Part shown: piece by piece, positions 8,801 through 16,214 of the stretch
Position numbering within the stretch: position 1 is the stretch's first letter
Layout of the letters: every line of letters begins with the position of its first letter
Assembly: GCA_964640155.1 (NCBI GenBank)
Contig: CAZXEQ010000003.1
Coordinates: forward strand, 254,189-286,188
Direction: 5' to 3'
DNA: 32,000 nt
Origin: an uncultured bacterium
GTDB taxonomy: Bacteria; Auribacterota; JACPWU01
Made by a program: the position numbers and the translations under genes
The notes under the pieces: generated by a model
What the model saw: the letters and a program-made list of their open reading frames with translations, nothing else
The model's database searches: none
What the model was told of the DNA's origin: nothing

Positions 8801-11800
8801 CTATTCAATTACCTATATTTGCATGTCGGCCCACAGCATAGAGGATTCACTTCAGAGTGTATTTCTTAATAAGATTTTGGAACAAGGAATTGATATTTAT
8901 TATGAGCGAGCAAGTTTGGACATTCCTAAAGATTATGCCCTTTTTATGCCTGCAATAGGTCGAGCTCTGAAGGTAGGAGGATATGTCATTAGTAGTGATA
9001 CATGCCATAATGTAGACAAGAGTCCAAAGCGATTTTTGGAATCAAACGAGATTAAATTTGAAGCTATTTCTTCGACATTACTCTCAGAATGGTGGGCGAG
9101 TATGATGCCTACAGATGATTTTTATGGATCTAAAATGGGTGTATTGTGCAAAAAATCAGATTCTCGGTCTAATGATCAGATAGGTCTCATGGGAAAATTA
9201 TTTTTTGATGCATCTGGAGAACAAATTGCAACAGGGCCGATTACAGCGACAGAGTCAAATGGTGTTGTAACTTTTAAGACGATGGAAGGTGCAGAACTTT
9301 ATGATAATAAAGGAAACCCTGCACAAGTAAGAGTGCTGCGACAGGAACAATCACTCATATTTTCGTCTGTCATTCCCGCAAGTTTCAAGCGGGAATCTAG
9401 AGAAACTGGATCCCCGACAGGTACACTCGGGGATGACAACCAAATGGTTGTATCGGAGACATTAACGCCAGGTTTTGAAACTTATATTCGAGAAACACTT
9501 AGTAAGTCTGTGAGAGTTATTGCAGATGACTCTTCGGTGAAAGGGTTTTCAAATGGAGAAGTTTTATATTTAAGAGAGGATCTTTTAAAAGATCCCATTG
9601 CCCTGTTTCATGAGCTGGGTGAGGGATATTTTAAAAAGAATCCAAAAGAACTTCCTGGTCGAGACAATCCTAAAACGGTTGCTCTCAATCCGCATACTTA
9701 TCTAAGGGGTGTTGGGAAAGAGATTGGAAATCTTCCTGATATTGAAAAATATTCGGACCCTGCCAAACTCATTGAATACATAAAATCAAAACTTTCCCCC
9801 CATCGACAAAATGAAGCTGAATTTGCATTAATTCAATGGAATGCAAGTCAAGGTCGTACAGGTCGAGCTCTTTTTTATGGGCTACAAGATCTTGTGTTTG
9901 GAGAAGAAGCAAATCGTATTTTGAGTGAGAAAGTAGGCAAAAAGAAAGTTTTACCTCGACCCCCTTTGGATAAATTAAAAGCAGGTTTATCTGCTGTAGC
10001 AGACATTGTCTATTTAGATCTTCTCTATGCTAAAGAAAGAGGCTTGGATCAGGAACAAATGATTCAGTTGGCCTATCAATCCGCTCAAGCGCGAATTAAA
10101 GCATTTAGTGCATTTGGTAAATGGGCAAGAGATTTTCAATATGGCCCAAATCCTTATCAATATGTTGTGTTTCGTTATGTCGTAGATGTCATTGATGAAC
10201 TCGAAGCCCATCGAGATGAGTATGCACAGATGGTTAAGGAATATTATGAAGAGTTTTTTGAGAAAAAAGGGATTAATGGACTTGTTGGAAACACTACTAT
10301 GTATTATGGGATTTATAAACCACCATTGATAGGAAAGAGTAGATTTAGAGATTGGGGAAAAGCTGATGAAAAAATAAGATCTACGAGACAATTAGGATCT
10401 CAAACTATTTCAAAAGGTCCTCTCAATGTAGATAGAGATGCTATTCCTGAGGATACAAATGCTGTTTTGTCTCCTGCTTATATTGCATATTCCATGGAAC
10501 TCAAAAAACAAGTCAATCCTGATAATAGGCCCTTGGTGGCTGTTTATGGGGGAGCAGGATCTGACATTTCTTCATTTCTCTTGTCTACGAATGCTACTGA
10601 AGGCTATTTCGTCGAAGGAGCGCCTGTAGATGCTAAGAAGTTGAAGAAATGGATAGAGGAAGATTGGGGAAAAGTTGAATTAAATGATGGATATATGCAA
10701 CGCAAAAGATTTAGAGGTTTTGGAGAAAGTAGAGATTTAGGGAAATCTTTGGAGTATCGGATTGCTCAAGAATTGAAAGCGATGAGAGTTAACCCTAAAA
10801 CTATTCACATTTCTGTGAAAGATGTGGAGGACAGAAGAACATTGTTTATGGGACGTCATGATCCTAATCCTAAGAAGTATGTAAAAATTGAGTTTGATTG
10901 GACATATCCGGGAGTACAAGAAAGCAAGTATTCGATTACTTATATTCCTGAGAGTATTTTTGACATTGCTACCTATCACCGTGAAATAGAAAGGTCATTG
11001 TTAGATAAAGTATTGGGCAGGGGTATAGACGTTTATTATCAGAGAGCAGGAGAGGATATTGCAGAGATATATGAACATTTAATGCCTGTTTTAGGAAAGG
11101 TGCTTCGTCCGGGGGGATGTATCGTCAGTGATAATTGCAAGAACACGAAAATGACCGAGAGAGAAAGTGGAATCGTTGATCCAAAACCTTTCTTGGAGCA
11201 GAATGGAGATAAGTTTGAAGTTGTTCCTCCGACACTATTGATGGATTGGTGGACTGTCATCATGCCCAGCTGTACGCCTTATGGATCAAAGATGAATGTT
11301 TTGCGTAAACAACCTCATGAAATAAGGGTAGAGGATTTTCTCAAAATTATTGAAAAGCGTATTTTGGATGAGCAAAGACCTTTATCTGTTGAGGTATTAA
11401 AAATACTGATTATAGATTTTTTAACACTTTCTTATCAGTATGATTTTGATATTAGCCCCATATCACTTTGGCTTAAAGGATGGGCAAATAAGCGAGTAGC
11501 CAGAGAAGTTGCTATTTCCATAGATGAGGATAAAACTATTGCTTTTCTGAGAGAGCAATTATCTGTTAGAGCCCAGCACATAGGAGATAATTCAAAACCT
11601 TTTTCGCAAAATTTATTTGGAGACTCGATTAAAAAAATATTTGAGTCAAGTTTAACTATTTTTGAAGAAGCTTTGGAAGACGCCTCTCGTGAGGATATTT
11701 CTTACTCTTCTTTTCTACGCGAGGTTAGAAAAGAAAAAAAATCTCGAATTTCAGGGGGGCTTGCGGCTTTGGCCGACTTTGTGTGGATAGATTTGAAATG

Positions 11801-13169
11801 GGCTGAAATAGCTTGTGGATACTCTCTTAGAGGTGAGGAATTAACGCAAGCAGCCCAAGAATTTGTAGTTTCTAGGATTCAAGGATTAATGTCTATAACA
11901 GAAGATTTGCAAAAAACAGCTTTAGGGTTTATTGATGCACCTTCTCCAGAATTACAAGGGCTCAATGACATGTTGCAAATTATTGAATATATTAAAAGTC
12001 ATCAAGAAGAATGTATACATGCGGTGGTTAGGTATCTCGAGGAAGAGTATGCAAACGATGATGGAATTACCCCTGATTTAAATTCTATGACCCGTAGACA
12101 TATTTACGGAGTAAGTGGGGCTAGAGATTGGAAAGGTTGGGAAAATGTGTTACAGAATAGAGGTGTTGCATTAAGTTCTAGATATATACCTCGATTTTTA
12201 AAAACTAAAGAAGTCGATGTACCTTCTTATCCAGTCCTAAGTAAGCCTCATGTAGGTTATGCCATGGCTGTTAAAGAAATGGTTAATCCTCATAATGAAG
12301 ATTTAACAGTTATTTATGGCGCAGCAGGTGCTGATATTTCTTGCTTTCTACTATCCACTAATGCAACGAATGGGTATTTTATTGATCCTATCATTCCTGA
12401 TCCTCAGAAATTTAAAGAAATCCTTGTGGATGACTGGGAAAATTTAAACTTAAATGATTCATATATGAAAACAAAAAGGGAGAGAGGTTTTGCAAATATG
12501 GTGGATCTTTCAGAAAGAAAGGTCGTGTCTCTGAGACTCGCTCAAGAGTTGAAAGCAATGGGTGTAGAGAAAGAGTCGATAAAAGTCCAACATAACTCTA
12601 GGAATAAGAGACATATGCGTATTTCTTTTGACTGGATTTATCCTGGAACCAATCAGAAAAGAAATTATGTCATTACGTATATTGCTTGCCCTGTTCAAGA
12701 AATGGCTAGCCCAACAAAAAGAGATCCTGAAATTGCAAAACTTTTAGATGGAGAAAATGTGGATATTTATTATCAGAGAGCAGGCCTTGATATCCCAAAG
12801 CTTTATGAATCATTTTTACCTGCTTTATCTTCAGGTGTAAAACCAGGAGGATTTCTTGTTACGAATGATTATGAGTCAGGAGGAAGAGATTCTCGTATCT
12901 TTTTTGCAAGAGCAAATGAGCTGGGTTTTGAGGAACAATATCCTTCTTATGCTGCAAAATGGTGGGAAATGATGATTCCTTATGAATCTCCTTATGGTTG
13001 GAAAATGCATATTCGTAGAAAAATGAAAGAGTCTGCTGATTATAGGATAACTCTTACAGATGTTAAAACAATTGGATCGGAGAAAGGGGAAATTAATTTA
13101 ACAGTAGGAGTTCCTGCACATCCACATGCTTTTCATGTTTCACCGAGCTTTGTAGAGCAGGCTGCATAG
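5838..13169 (+). CDS. Giant secreted hypothetical protein (paralog B): shared N-terminal head plus three tandem methyltransferase-like modules
   Basis: The ORF track opens this ORF at a TTG (5826). The ATG at 5838 gives MSLLKKIIICLLILGQLDLGWAQE, a typical signal peptide. About 2443 aa are uninterrupted. The N-terminal roughly 620 aa are paralogous to ORF 2355-5681, and the rest contains three internally repeated modules (listed separately). Confidence 0.85.
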   Translation: MSLLKKIIICLLILGQLDLGWAQELSKSKRILKSELSPVKTFIKELQKKLTPFVIFGEQFFHSTSDKPFFILFRDLHCNYEAQQNIVKTLEIILTQNAVHNTHDNFLVLTEGADGPEDTSFLGKFPDKKVREEASQKFMKEGKITGAEFLSIAKYGEIPIQIEGIEDADLYVENLKAFQAVMGKKQQTDAFVEAAESVMEEIKVKTFSQKLLELDVKENEFEKDSIKLEEYVSYLGNQNIHSLEKLEQYPNLSIFFELISHQESISSERVEEEKNKVIEQLSKKLPKEELNLLIQQSLKLRLGKVAQEDYFGSLEELTKKNLKSERYPSLITYISIVKKQAELNHELLLDEIYKLSEKLKQALATTRVEKELLTLDKNLTILKQMFRLEMTRENLEFVKEHRQIYQVESIIEQLKKCVLKSKIIFPKAFNSPRQIQDLSEIFQASELFYDLALKRDEVMARKALKAVDSNWRIGDSDLKEIINKNDKLSTIHYPQIPVLITGGFHSDGITKILKEAGAGFVVLTPKVNQSHDIKNYLSLMMDQRIRITALDFFHIFGRKLAERFPGMSHGLLKEIIRDFVELGKQYQINPYQLHAWLDQIQDVDKTILDEIRKIIVIENRPGLPRWVMTVETIAVLVLRLSSITANLTADVLTELDRKGRLDRRLYEEVEEKFVWRQEEVPKIKVGLAALADFIYLDLLCAKEREMDQEQMLQLVYQSAQARIKVFSLLRPRMKQVLLDNKVNYFLGIQNILIVIDELEAHRDDYARIVQEYYKEYFSREGLKGFLESPQGYFGSGRANLWGKSQFQKWARAEQRIMSDKTSSKTVSTEGSLGIKGEEEVISDANPLLSISYVGHAMEVKRQVNPDNKPLVAVYAGAGTDISSFLLTTNATEGYFLDRSSFDIRTLKDLVEDEESWDSIDLDDPYIRSKSTIGYGGYGYLTFNQFPLRIVQELKSIGVKRESIKIDIQDGRVNIQFLWTYPGTTQERIYSITYICMSAHSIEDSLQSVFLNKILEQGIDIYYERASLDIPKDYALFMPAIGRALKVGGYVISSDTCHNVDKSPKRFLESNEIKFEAISSTLLSEWWASMMPTDDFYGSKMGVLCKKSDSRSNDQIGLMGKLFFDASGEQIATGPITATESNGVVTFKTMEGAELYDNKGNPAQVRVLRQEQSLIFSSVIPASFKRESRETGSPTGTLGDDNQMVVSETLTPGFETYIRETLSKSVRVIADDSSVKGFSNGEVLYLREDLLKDPIALFHELGEGYFKKNPKELPGRDNPKTVALNPHTYLRGVGKEIGNLPDIEKYSDPAKLIEYIKSKLSPHRQNEAEFALIQWNASQGRTGRALFYGLQDLVFGEEANRILSEKVGKKKVLPRPPLDKLKAGLSAVADIVYLDLLYAKERGLDQEQMIQLAYQSAQARIKAFSAFGKWARDFQYGPNPYQYVVFRYVVDVIDELEAHRDEYAQMVKEYYEEFFEKKGINGLVGNTTMYYGIYKPPLIGKSRFRDWGKADEKIRSTRQLGSQTISKGPLNVDRDAIPEDTNAVLSPAYIAYSMELKKQVNPDNRPLVAVYGGAGSDISSFLLSTNATEGYFVEGAPVDAKKLKKWIEEDWGKVELNDGYMQRKRFRGFGESRDLGKSLEYRIAQELKAMRVNPKTIHISVKDVEDRRTLFMGRHDPNPKKYVKIEFDWTYPGVQESKYSITYIPESIFDIATYHREIERSLLDKVLGRGIDVYYQRAGEDIAEIYEHLMPVLGKVLRPGGCIVSDNCKNTKMTERESGIVDPKPFLEQNGDKFEVVPPTLLMDWWTVIMPSCTPYGSKMNVLRKQPHEIRVEDFLKIIEKRILDEQRPLSVEVLKILIIDFLTLSYQYDFDISPISLWLKGWANKRVAREVAISIDEDKTIAFLREQLSVRAQHIGDNSKPFSQNLFGDSIKKIFESSLTIFEEALEDASREDISYSSFLREVRKEKKSRISGGLAALADFVWIDLKWAEIACGYSLRGEELTQAAQEFVVSRIQGLMSITEDLQKTALGFIDAPSPELQGLNDMLQIIEYIKSHQEECIHAVVRYLEEEYANDDGITPDLNSMTRRHIYGVSGARDWKGWENVLQNRGVALSSRYIPRFLKTKEVDVPSYPVLSKPHVGYAMAVKEMVNPHNEDLTVIYGAAGADISCFLLSTNATNGYFIDPIIPDPQKFKEILVDDWENLNLNDSYMKTKRERGFANMVDLSERKVVSLRLAQELKAMGVEKESIKVQHNSRNKRHMRISFDWIYPGTNQKRNYVITYIACPVQEMASPTKRDPEIAKLLDGENVDIYYQRAGLDIPKLYESFLPALSSGVKPGGFLVTNDYESGGRDSRIFFARANELGFEEQYPSYAAKWWEMMIPYESPYGWKMHIRRKMKESADYRITLTDVKTIGSEKGEINLTVGVPAHPHAFHVSPSFVEQAA
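7893..9155 (+). repeat. Intragenic protein-level repeat, module 1 of 3 (helical lead-in plus Rossmann/SAM-MTase-like core)
   Basis: Motif series: GLAALADFIYLDLLCAKEREMDQEQMLQLVYQSAQARIKVFS ... VIDELEAHRDDYARIVQEYYKEYF ... VNPDNKPLVAVYAGAGTDISSFLLTTNATEGYFLD ... FLWTYPGTTQERIYSITYI ... GIDIYYERAS ... LKVGGYVISSD ... WWASMMP..FYGSKMGVLCKK. The same ordered series recurs in modules 2 and 3. Confidence 0.75.
9984..11312 (+). repeat. Intragenic protein-level repeat, module 2 of 3
   Basis: Motif series: GLSAVADIVYLDLLYAKERGLDQEQMIQLAYQSAQARIKAFS ... VIDELEAHRDEYAQMVKEYYEEFF ... VNPDNRPLVAVYGGAGSDISSFLLSTNATEGYFVE ... FDWTYPGVQESKYSITYI ... GIDVYYQRAG ... LRPGGCIVSDN ... DWWTVIMP..PYGSKMNVLRKQ. Confidence 0.75.
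11757..13022 (+). repeat. Intragenic protein-level repeat, module 3 of 3 (most diverged)
   Basis: Motif series: GLAALADFVWIDLKWAE ... IIEYIKSHQEECIHAVVRYLEEEY ... VNPHNEDLTVIYGAAGADISCFLLSTNATNGYFID ... FDWIYPGTNQKRNYVITYI ... VDIYYQRAG ... VKPGGFLVTND ... KWWEMMIP..PYGWKMHIRRK. Confidence 0.7.
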
Positions 13170-13222
13170 GCTGTTTCTCTTTTGAGTTGAATATCTTGTT
13201 TTAACAAGTATAATCCCTGTCT

Positions 13223-13486
13223 ATGTTGATCGAAAAATTTAAGTTAGCTGTTGAAGAAATTTTGAAAAGACGATGGGTGGGGGAGTTTGATTTGGCAGAT
13301 TTAATCATACAGCCCTATGGGTGCAGTCTTGTATTTAAAAGTACAAAAGATAATTATCGGTTTTCTCCGACGATTATTTCAAATAAATTGATTTTAGCTA
13401 TTCTGGTTGATAATTCTGTAAATGCTCGTCAAGCATTAGAAAAAGAGATTGAAACAGCTTTTCAAAAATATGTAATTAGTGGATAA
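13223..13486 (+). CDS. Hypothetical small protein (87 aa)
   Basis: ATG-initiated ORF filling the gap between the giant ORF and folE. Its stop lies 2 nt before the folE ATG, and a TATAAT hexamer sits at 13209-13214. I recognise no motif. Confidence 0.45.
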   Translation: MLIEKFKLAVEEILKRRWVGEFDLADLIIQPYGCSLVFKSTKDNYRFSPTIISNKLILAILVDNSVNARQALEKEIETAFQKYVISG

Positions 13487-13487
13487 C

Positions 13488-14054
13488 ATGTCCAAAGACT
13501 CTATTGAATCTAATATTGAAGCAATTTTGAAATATATTGGAGAAGATCCAACACGTCAAGGTCTTGCCAAAACGCCTCACCGAGTTCAAAAATCTTTTGA
13601 GTATTTGACATCAGGTTATTCAAAGAATATCAACGAAGTTTTGAATGGTGCTGTTTTTGATGAAGCTTATGATGAGATGGTGACGGTAAAAGATATTGAG
13701 ATTTTTAGTCTTTGTGAACATCATCTTTTGCCTTTTTATGGGAAATGTCATGTCTCTTATATTCCCAATGGGAAAATAATTGGTTTAAGTAAAATTCCTC
13801 GTTTGGTTGAAGTTTTTTCCAGGCGTCTTCAGGTACAGGAAAGACTCACTACACAAATAGCCAATTGTATTAACGACACACTGAAACCCCGAGGGGTTGG
13901 TGTTGTTGTAGAAGCCTTCCATTTGTGCATGGCGATGCGTGGAGTTGAAAAACAGCATGCCTTTGCTGTAACAAGTTCTATGCTTGGAGCCTTTCGGTCA
14001 GATCGTGGGACTCGTATGGAATTTTTGAACTTCATTAGTCCTAAAGGACGATAA
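13488..14054 (+). CDS. folE: GTP cyclohydrolase I (FolE type)
   Basis: Strong family motifs: [77 protein letters not shown]. The track opens at a GTG (13479). I prefer the ATG at 13488, but either start is possible. Confidence 0.93.
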   Translation: MSKDSIESNIEAILKYIGEDPTRQGLAKTPHRVQKSFEYLTSGYSKNINEVLNGAVFDEAYDEMVTVKDIEIFSLCEHHLLPFYGKCHVSYIPNGKIIGLSKIPRLVEVFSRRLQVQERLTTQIANCINDTLKPRGVGVVVEAFHLCMAMRGVEKQHAFAVTSSMLGAFRSDRGTRMEFLNFISPKGR

Positions 14055-14110
14055 CGAGGCTGTTGTTCTCTACAGCGGTCTTCATTTCCTTTTAATCCTC
14101 ATCCATAAAA

Positions 14111-14147
14111 TAATCATAACTATAACCACTAGAATTAGTTATGATTA
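14111..14147. repeat. Perfect 11-bp inverted repeat (TAATCATAACT ... AGTTATGATTA) with a 15-nt spacer
   Basis: Read directly from the sequence, 57 nt downstream of the folE stop. It is AT-rich, so it could be a weak terminator hairpin or a protein-binding site. Confidence 0.4.
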
Positions 14148-14203
14148 AAATGCTCTCATATTTGACAAATGAAGATTCATGTGCGAAGTTATAGACAAGA
14201 GGT

Positions 14204-14539
14204 TTGGAATGGGGGAAAACGAATGCAATGAAAAGCACGTTTTTGCAAGGTTCTAGATGGCAAGATGTTATAGTCCCCCATAGTGGGCAAAGAGTTGCAA
14301 GGAGCTTTAAAACTATGTATCAGCTATATCAGTCATTTTTAAGAGAACTTGTGCTGAAAGGCTATTCGGTGGTTAACGTGGCCGATAGCAAAGAAGCTGC
14401 GCAACATATTGAAAGCACAAAACGCTGCATGATTCTTTCTCCTGCAATGATTGCTGTAGAAGATAAAGAAGGTCTTCTCACGCGCATTTCTGGAGTTCAT
14501 CCCAAGCCTGTTATTATCTCCATTCAGCCTCGAGATTAG
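14204..14539 (+). CDS. Hypothetical protein (weak call)
   Basis: 111-aa ORF opened at a non-ATG codon, with an internal ATG at about 14228. It has no recognisable motif, only a vague CheY-like flavour (GYSVVNVADSKEAAQHI). It fills an otherwise non-coding gap. Confidence 0.3.
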   Translation: MEWGKTNAMKSTFLQGSRWQDVIVPHSGQRVARSFKTMYQLYQSFLRELVLKGYSVVNVADSKEAAQHIESTKRCMILSPAMIAVEDKEGLLTRISGVHPKPVIISIQPRD

Positions 14540-14631
14540 ACTTCCAAAGTACATTCTTGATCTCTTGTTTTCCCCTTGCTTTCATGCGATAATGAATACA
14601 CCGGTGGTTCTTTGCAGCAGTGGAGGAGGCC

Positions 14632-15255
14632 ATGTCCAAGCTCAAAAAGGGGTCATTAGGATTTACTGTCAATGAGATGGTGATGGTTCTGGCGACCATT
14701 CTTTTCCTGGCCACAATTTTGCTACCCAGTCTTCTGAAGGCTAGAGAATCAGGCCGTTCAACCAAATGTGTTGGGCATTTAAAAAACCTGATTCAGGCGG
14801 TACAATTATATGTGAGTGATGAATCTTTGGGTCGTTTCCCTGATTTGAATCCAGATACAGATTTAAAGGATATGATGAGTCTTTTACTCCCTTATCTTGG
14901 AAGCTCTACCTCGATTACAACAGTCAAACCAGAATTACAAGTCTTTCGATGTCCATCCAATGACAATGCAAATAATTTCTCAAATCGACAAGACACTTAC
15001 GGAAATCAAACGGATTATAGTTTTAATACCAATTTAGATAATCAAGTTGCGCAAACCCGTGTTGGAAGTCCCCAGTGGGTTTCTGTTTTATGGGATTACC
15101 CATCATTTCCTACTTCTTCCAAAGCACACATTCATAGAGGCGGTACCAATATTGCTTTTTACGATGGACATGTTCAGTGGTTTTCTAGAGATCAGATGAT
15201 GGAGTCACACGCGCCTGACACTGGAACTCAATACAATACATGGGGAATTAATTAA
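14632..15255 (+). CDS. Prepilin-type N-terminal cleavage/methylation domain protein with C-terminal H-X9-DG motif (DUF1559-like)
   Basis: The ATG at 14632 is preceded by GGAGGAGG (the track opens at GTG 14620). N-terminus is KKGSLGFTVNEMVMVLATILFLATILLPSL (G|FTxxE pilin-like), then KCVGHLKNLIQAVQLY, then C-terminal HRGGTNIAFYDGHVQWFS, an exact H-X9-DG spacing. Confidence 0.85.
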   Translation: MSKLKKGSLGFTVNEMVMVLATILFLATILLPSLLKARESGRSTKCVGHLKNLIQAVQLYVSDESLGRFPDLNPDTDLKDMMSLLLPYLGSSTSITTVKPELQVFRCPSNDNANNFSNRQDTYGNQTDYSFNTNLDNQVAQTRVGSPQWVSVLWDYPSFPTSSKAHIHRGGTNIAFYDGHVQWFSRDQMMESHAPDTGTQYNTWGIN

Positions 15256-15903
15256 ATGTTAAAGGCAGACAGACGCAGGTTTAAGAGAAATCAAGGTTTG
15301 ACCATGATCGAAATGGTTGTGGTTTTTGCGGGGCTGATCATTTTAATTGGTCTTTTGGCCCCTACGCTTAAAAAAGTGAGAGATACAGGTAAAAGGGTCA
15401 AATGCTTAAGTAATTTAAAGCAATTGGGGGTTGCCATGGATATGTATATCCAAGACGACCGTCAAGGCCGTTTTCCTGGTTGGAGTGGGAATTGTAATTT
15501 GGTTGAAAATTTACCAAATCTTCTAAACGCTTATTTAGGGCAAGAAGATACGGATGCTTTAACGAGTGGGGAATTGAGTCAATTCCGTTGTCCTGCAAAT
15601 CAGTATACTGGTAATCTTTCTCAACGACAGGATGCATATGGAAATCAAGTGGACTATGAGCTTAATTGTAATTTGAGAGGACAATCTGTTGTTGCTGAAG
15701 TAGGTAATGATGCTATCGCTGTTATATTAGCGGATTTTCCAGCTTATCCAGCAAGTGCTTCCAATCAGGTTCATTTAACGGGAACAAACCTTCTTTTTGT
15801 AGACGGTCATGCCCAGTGGTATAGCAGAAGCAAACTTAACTCTGCATGGCCTAATGAGACGCAATATCCTGGGACTGCTTACTACAACTGGGGAACACAG
15901 TAA
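15256..15903 (+). CDS. Prepilin-type N-terminal cleavage/methylation domain protein with C-terminal H-X9-DG motif (tandem paralog)
   Basis: Motifs are GLTMIEMVVVFAGLIILIGLLAPTL, KCLSNLKQLGVAMDMY and HLTGTNLLFVDGHAQWYS (H-X9-DG). The ORF starts immediately after the previous stop (TAA-ATG). It shares FRCP.N....N.S.RQD.YGNQ.DY with the upstream paralog. Confidence 0.85.
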   Translation: MLKADRRRFKRNQGLTMIEMVVVFAGLIILIGLLAPTLKKVRDTGKRVKCLSNLKQLGVAMDMYIQDDRQGRFPGWSGNCNLVENLPNLLNAYLGQEDTDALTSGELSQFRCPANQYTGNLSQRQDAYGNQVDYELNCNLRGQSVVAEVGNDAIAVILADFPAYPASASNQVHLTGTNLLFVDGHAQWYSRSKLNSAWPNETQYPGTAYYNWGTQ

Positions 15904-16125
15904 ATCAAGAATAGGGTCCTGCCCAACGAATCATGATTTACGATCTTCTCTCGTACGCATTCCAGCGACCGTAAAGAAATTGATTTAACTTTTGGTTTGC
16001 TAAAGTAAAAGATGAACTTTAAAGGGGGTGTCTTTGCCTTCGTTGCTTTCACTCGAGTGCGATCGCTCATCATTAGGTTTCATTGGTCACCCTTCATTTA
16101 TCAAAGGACAGACTTTTTTGTCCAC

Positions 16126-16139
16126 GATCAATATTGATC
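16126..16139. promoter_or_regulatory. Perfect 14-bp palindrome GATCAATATTGATC, candidate operator upstream of the sugar ABC genes
   Basis: Read directly from the sequence. It lies about 75 nt upstream of the transporter ORF start, in a 300-nt intergenic region. Confidence 0.3.
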
Positions 16140-16214
16140 CCTCCAGACAAAAACATTGCTGCTCAAAATTATTTGTGATATTTTCATTTGCCTTGATGCA
16201 TTTTGAATGCTCAG

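Noticed and set aside
9609-9623. HELGE (ALFHELGEGYF) in the linker between modules 1 and 2 of the giant protein, considered as a zinc-metalloprotease HExxH site.
   Set aside because: The second His of HExxH is replaced by Glu. I cannot identify a credible third ligand or Met-turn by eye, and the motif is absent from the other inter-module linker. It is too weak to call without a profile or structure search.
11734-11759. A8 and G6 homopolymer tracts at the start of module 3, considered as slipped-strand phase-variation sites that would truncate the third module.
   Set aside because: A/T runs of 7-8 nt are frequent throughout this AT-rich window (for example about 817-824, 6655-6661). There is no population or read evidence of length variation.
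8390-12698. Several 60-125-aa minus-strand ORFs (8390-8593, 10014-10391, 10737-10979, 11039-11263, 12510-12698) and one alternate-frame plus-strand ORF (10438-10629) nested inside the giant gene.
   Set aside because: They lie antisense or out of frame to a long ORF whose reading frame is validated by three internally conserved protein modules. Their low-complexity, Ile/Phe/Ser-rich translations are typical of AT-rich non-coding frames.
16059-16066. GCGATCGC (cyanobacterial HIP1-like palindrome) in the intergenic region upstream of the ABC transporter.
   Set aside because: I noticed only a single occurrence in 32 kb. HIP1 is meaningful only when highly iterated, and the rest of the gene content does not look cyanobacterial.
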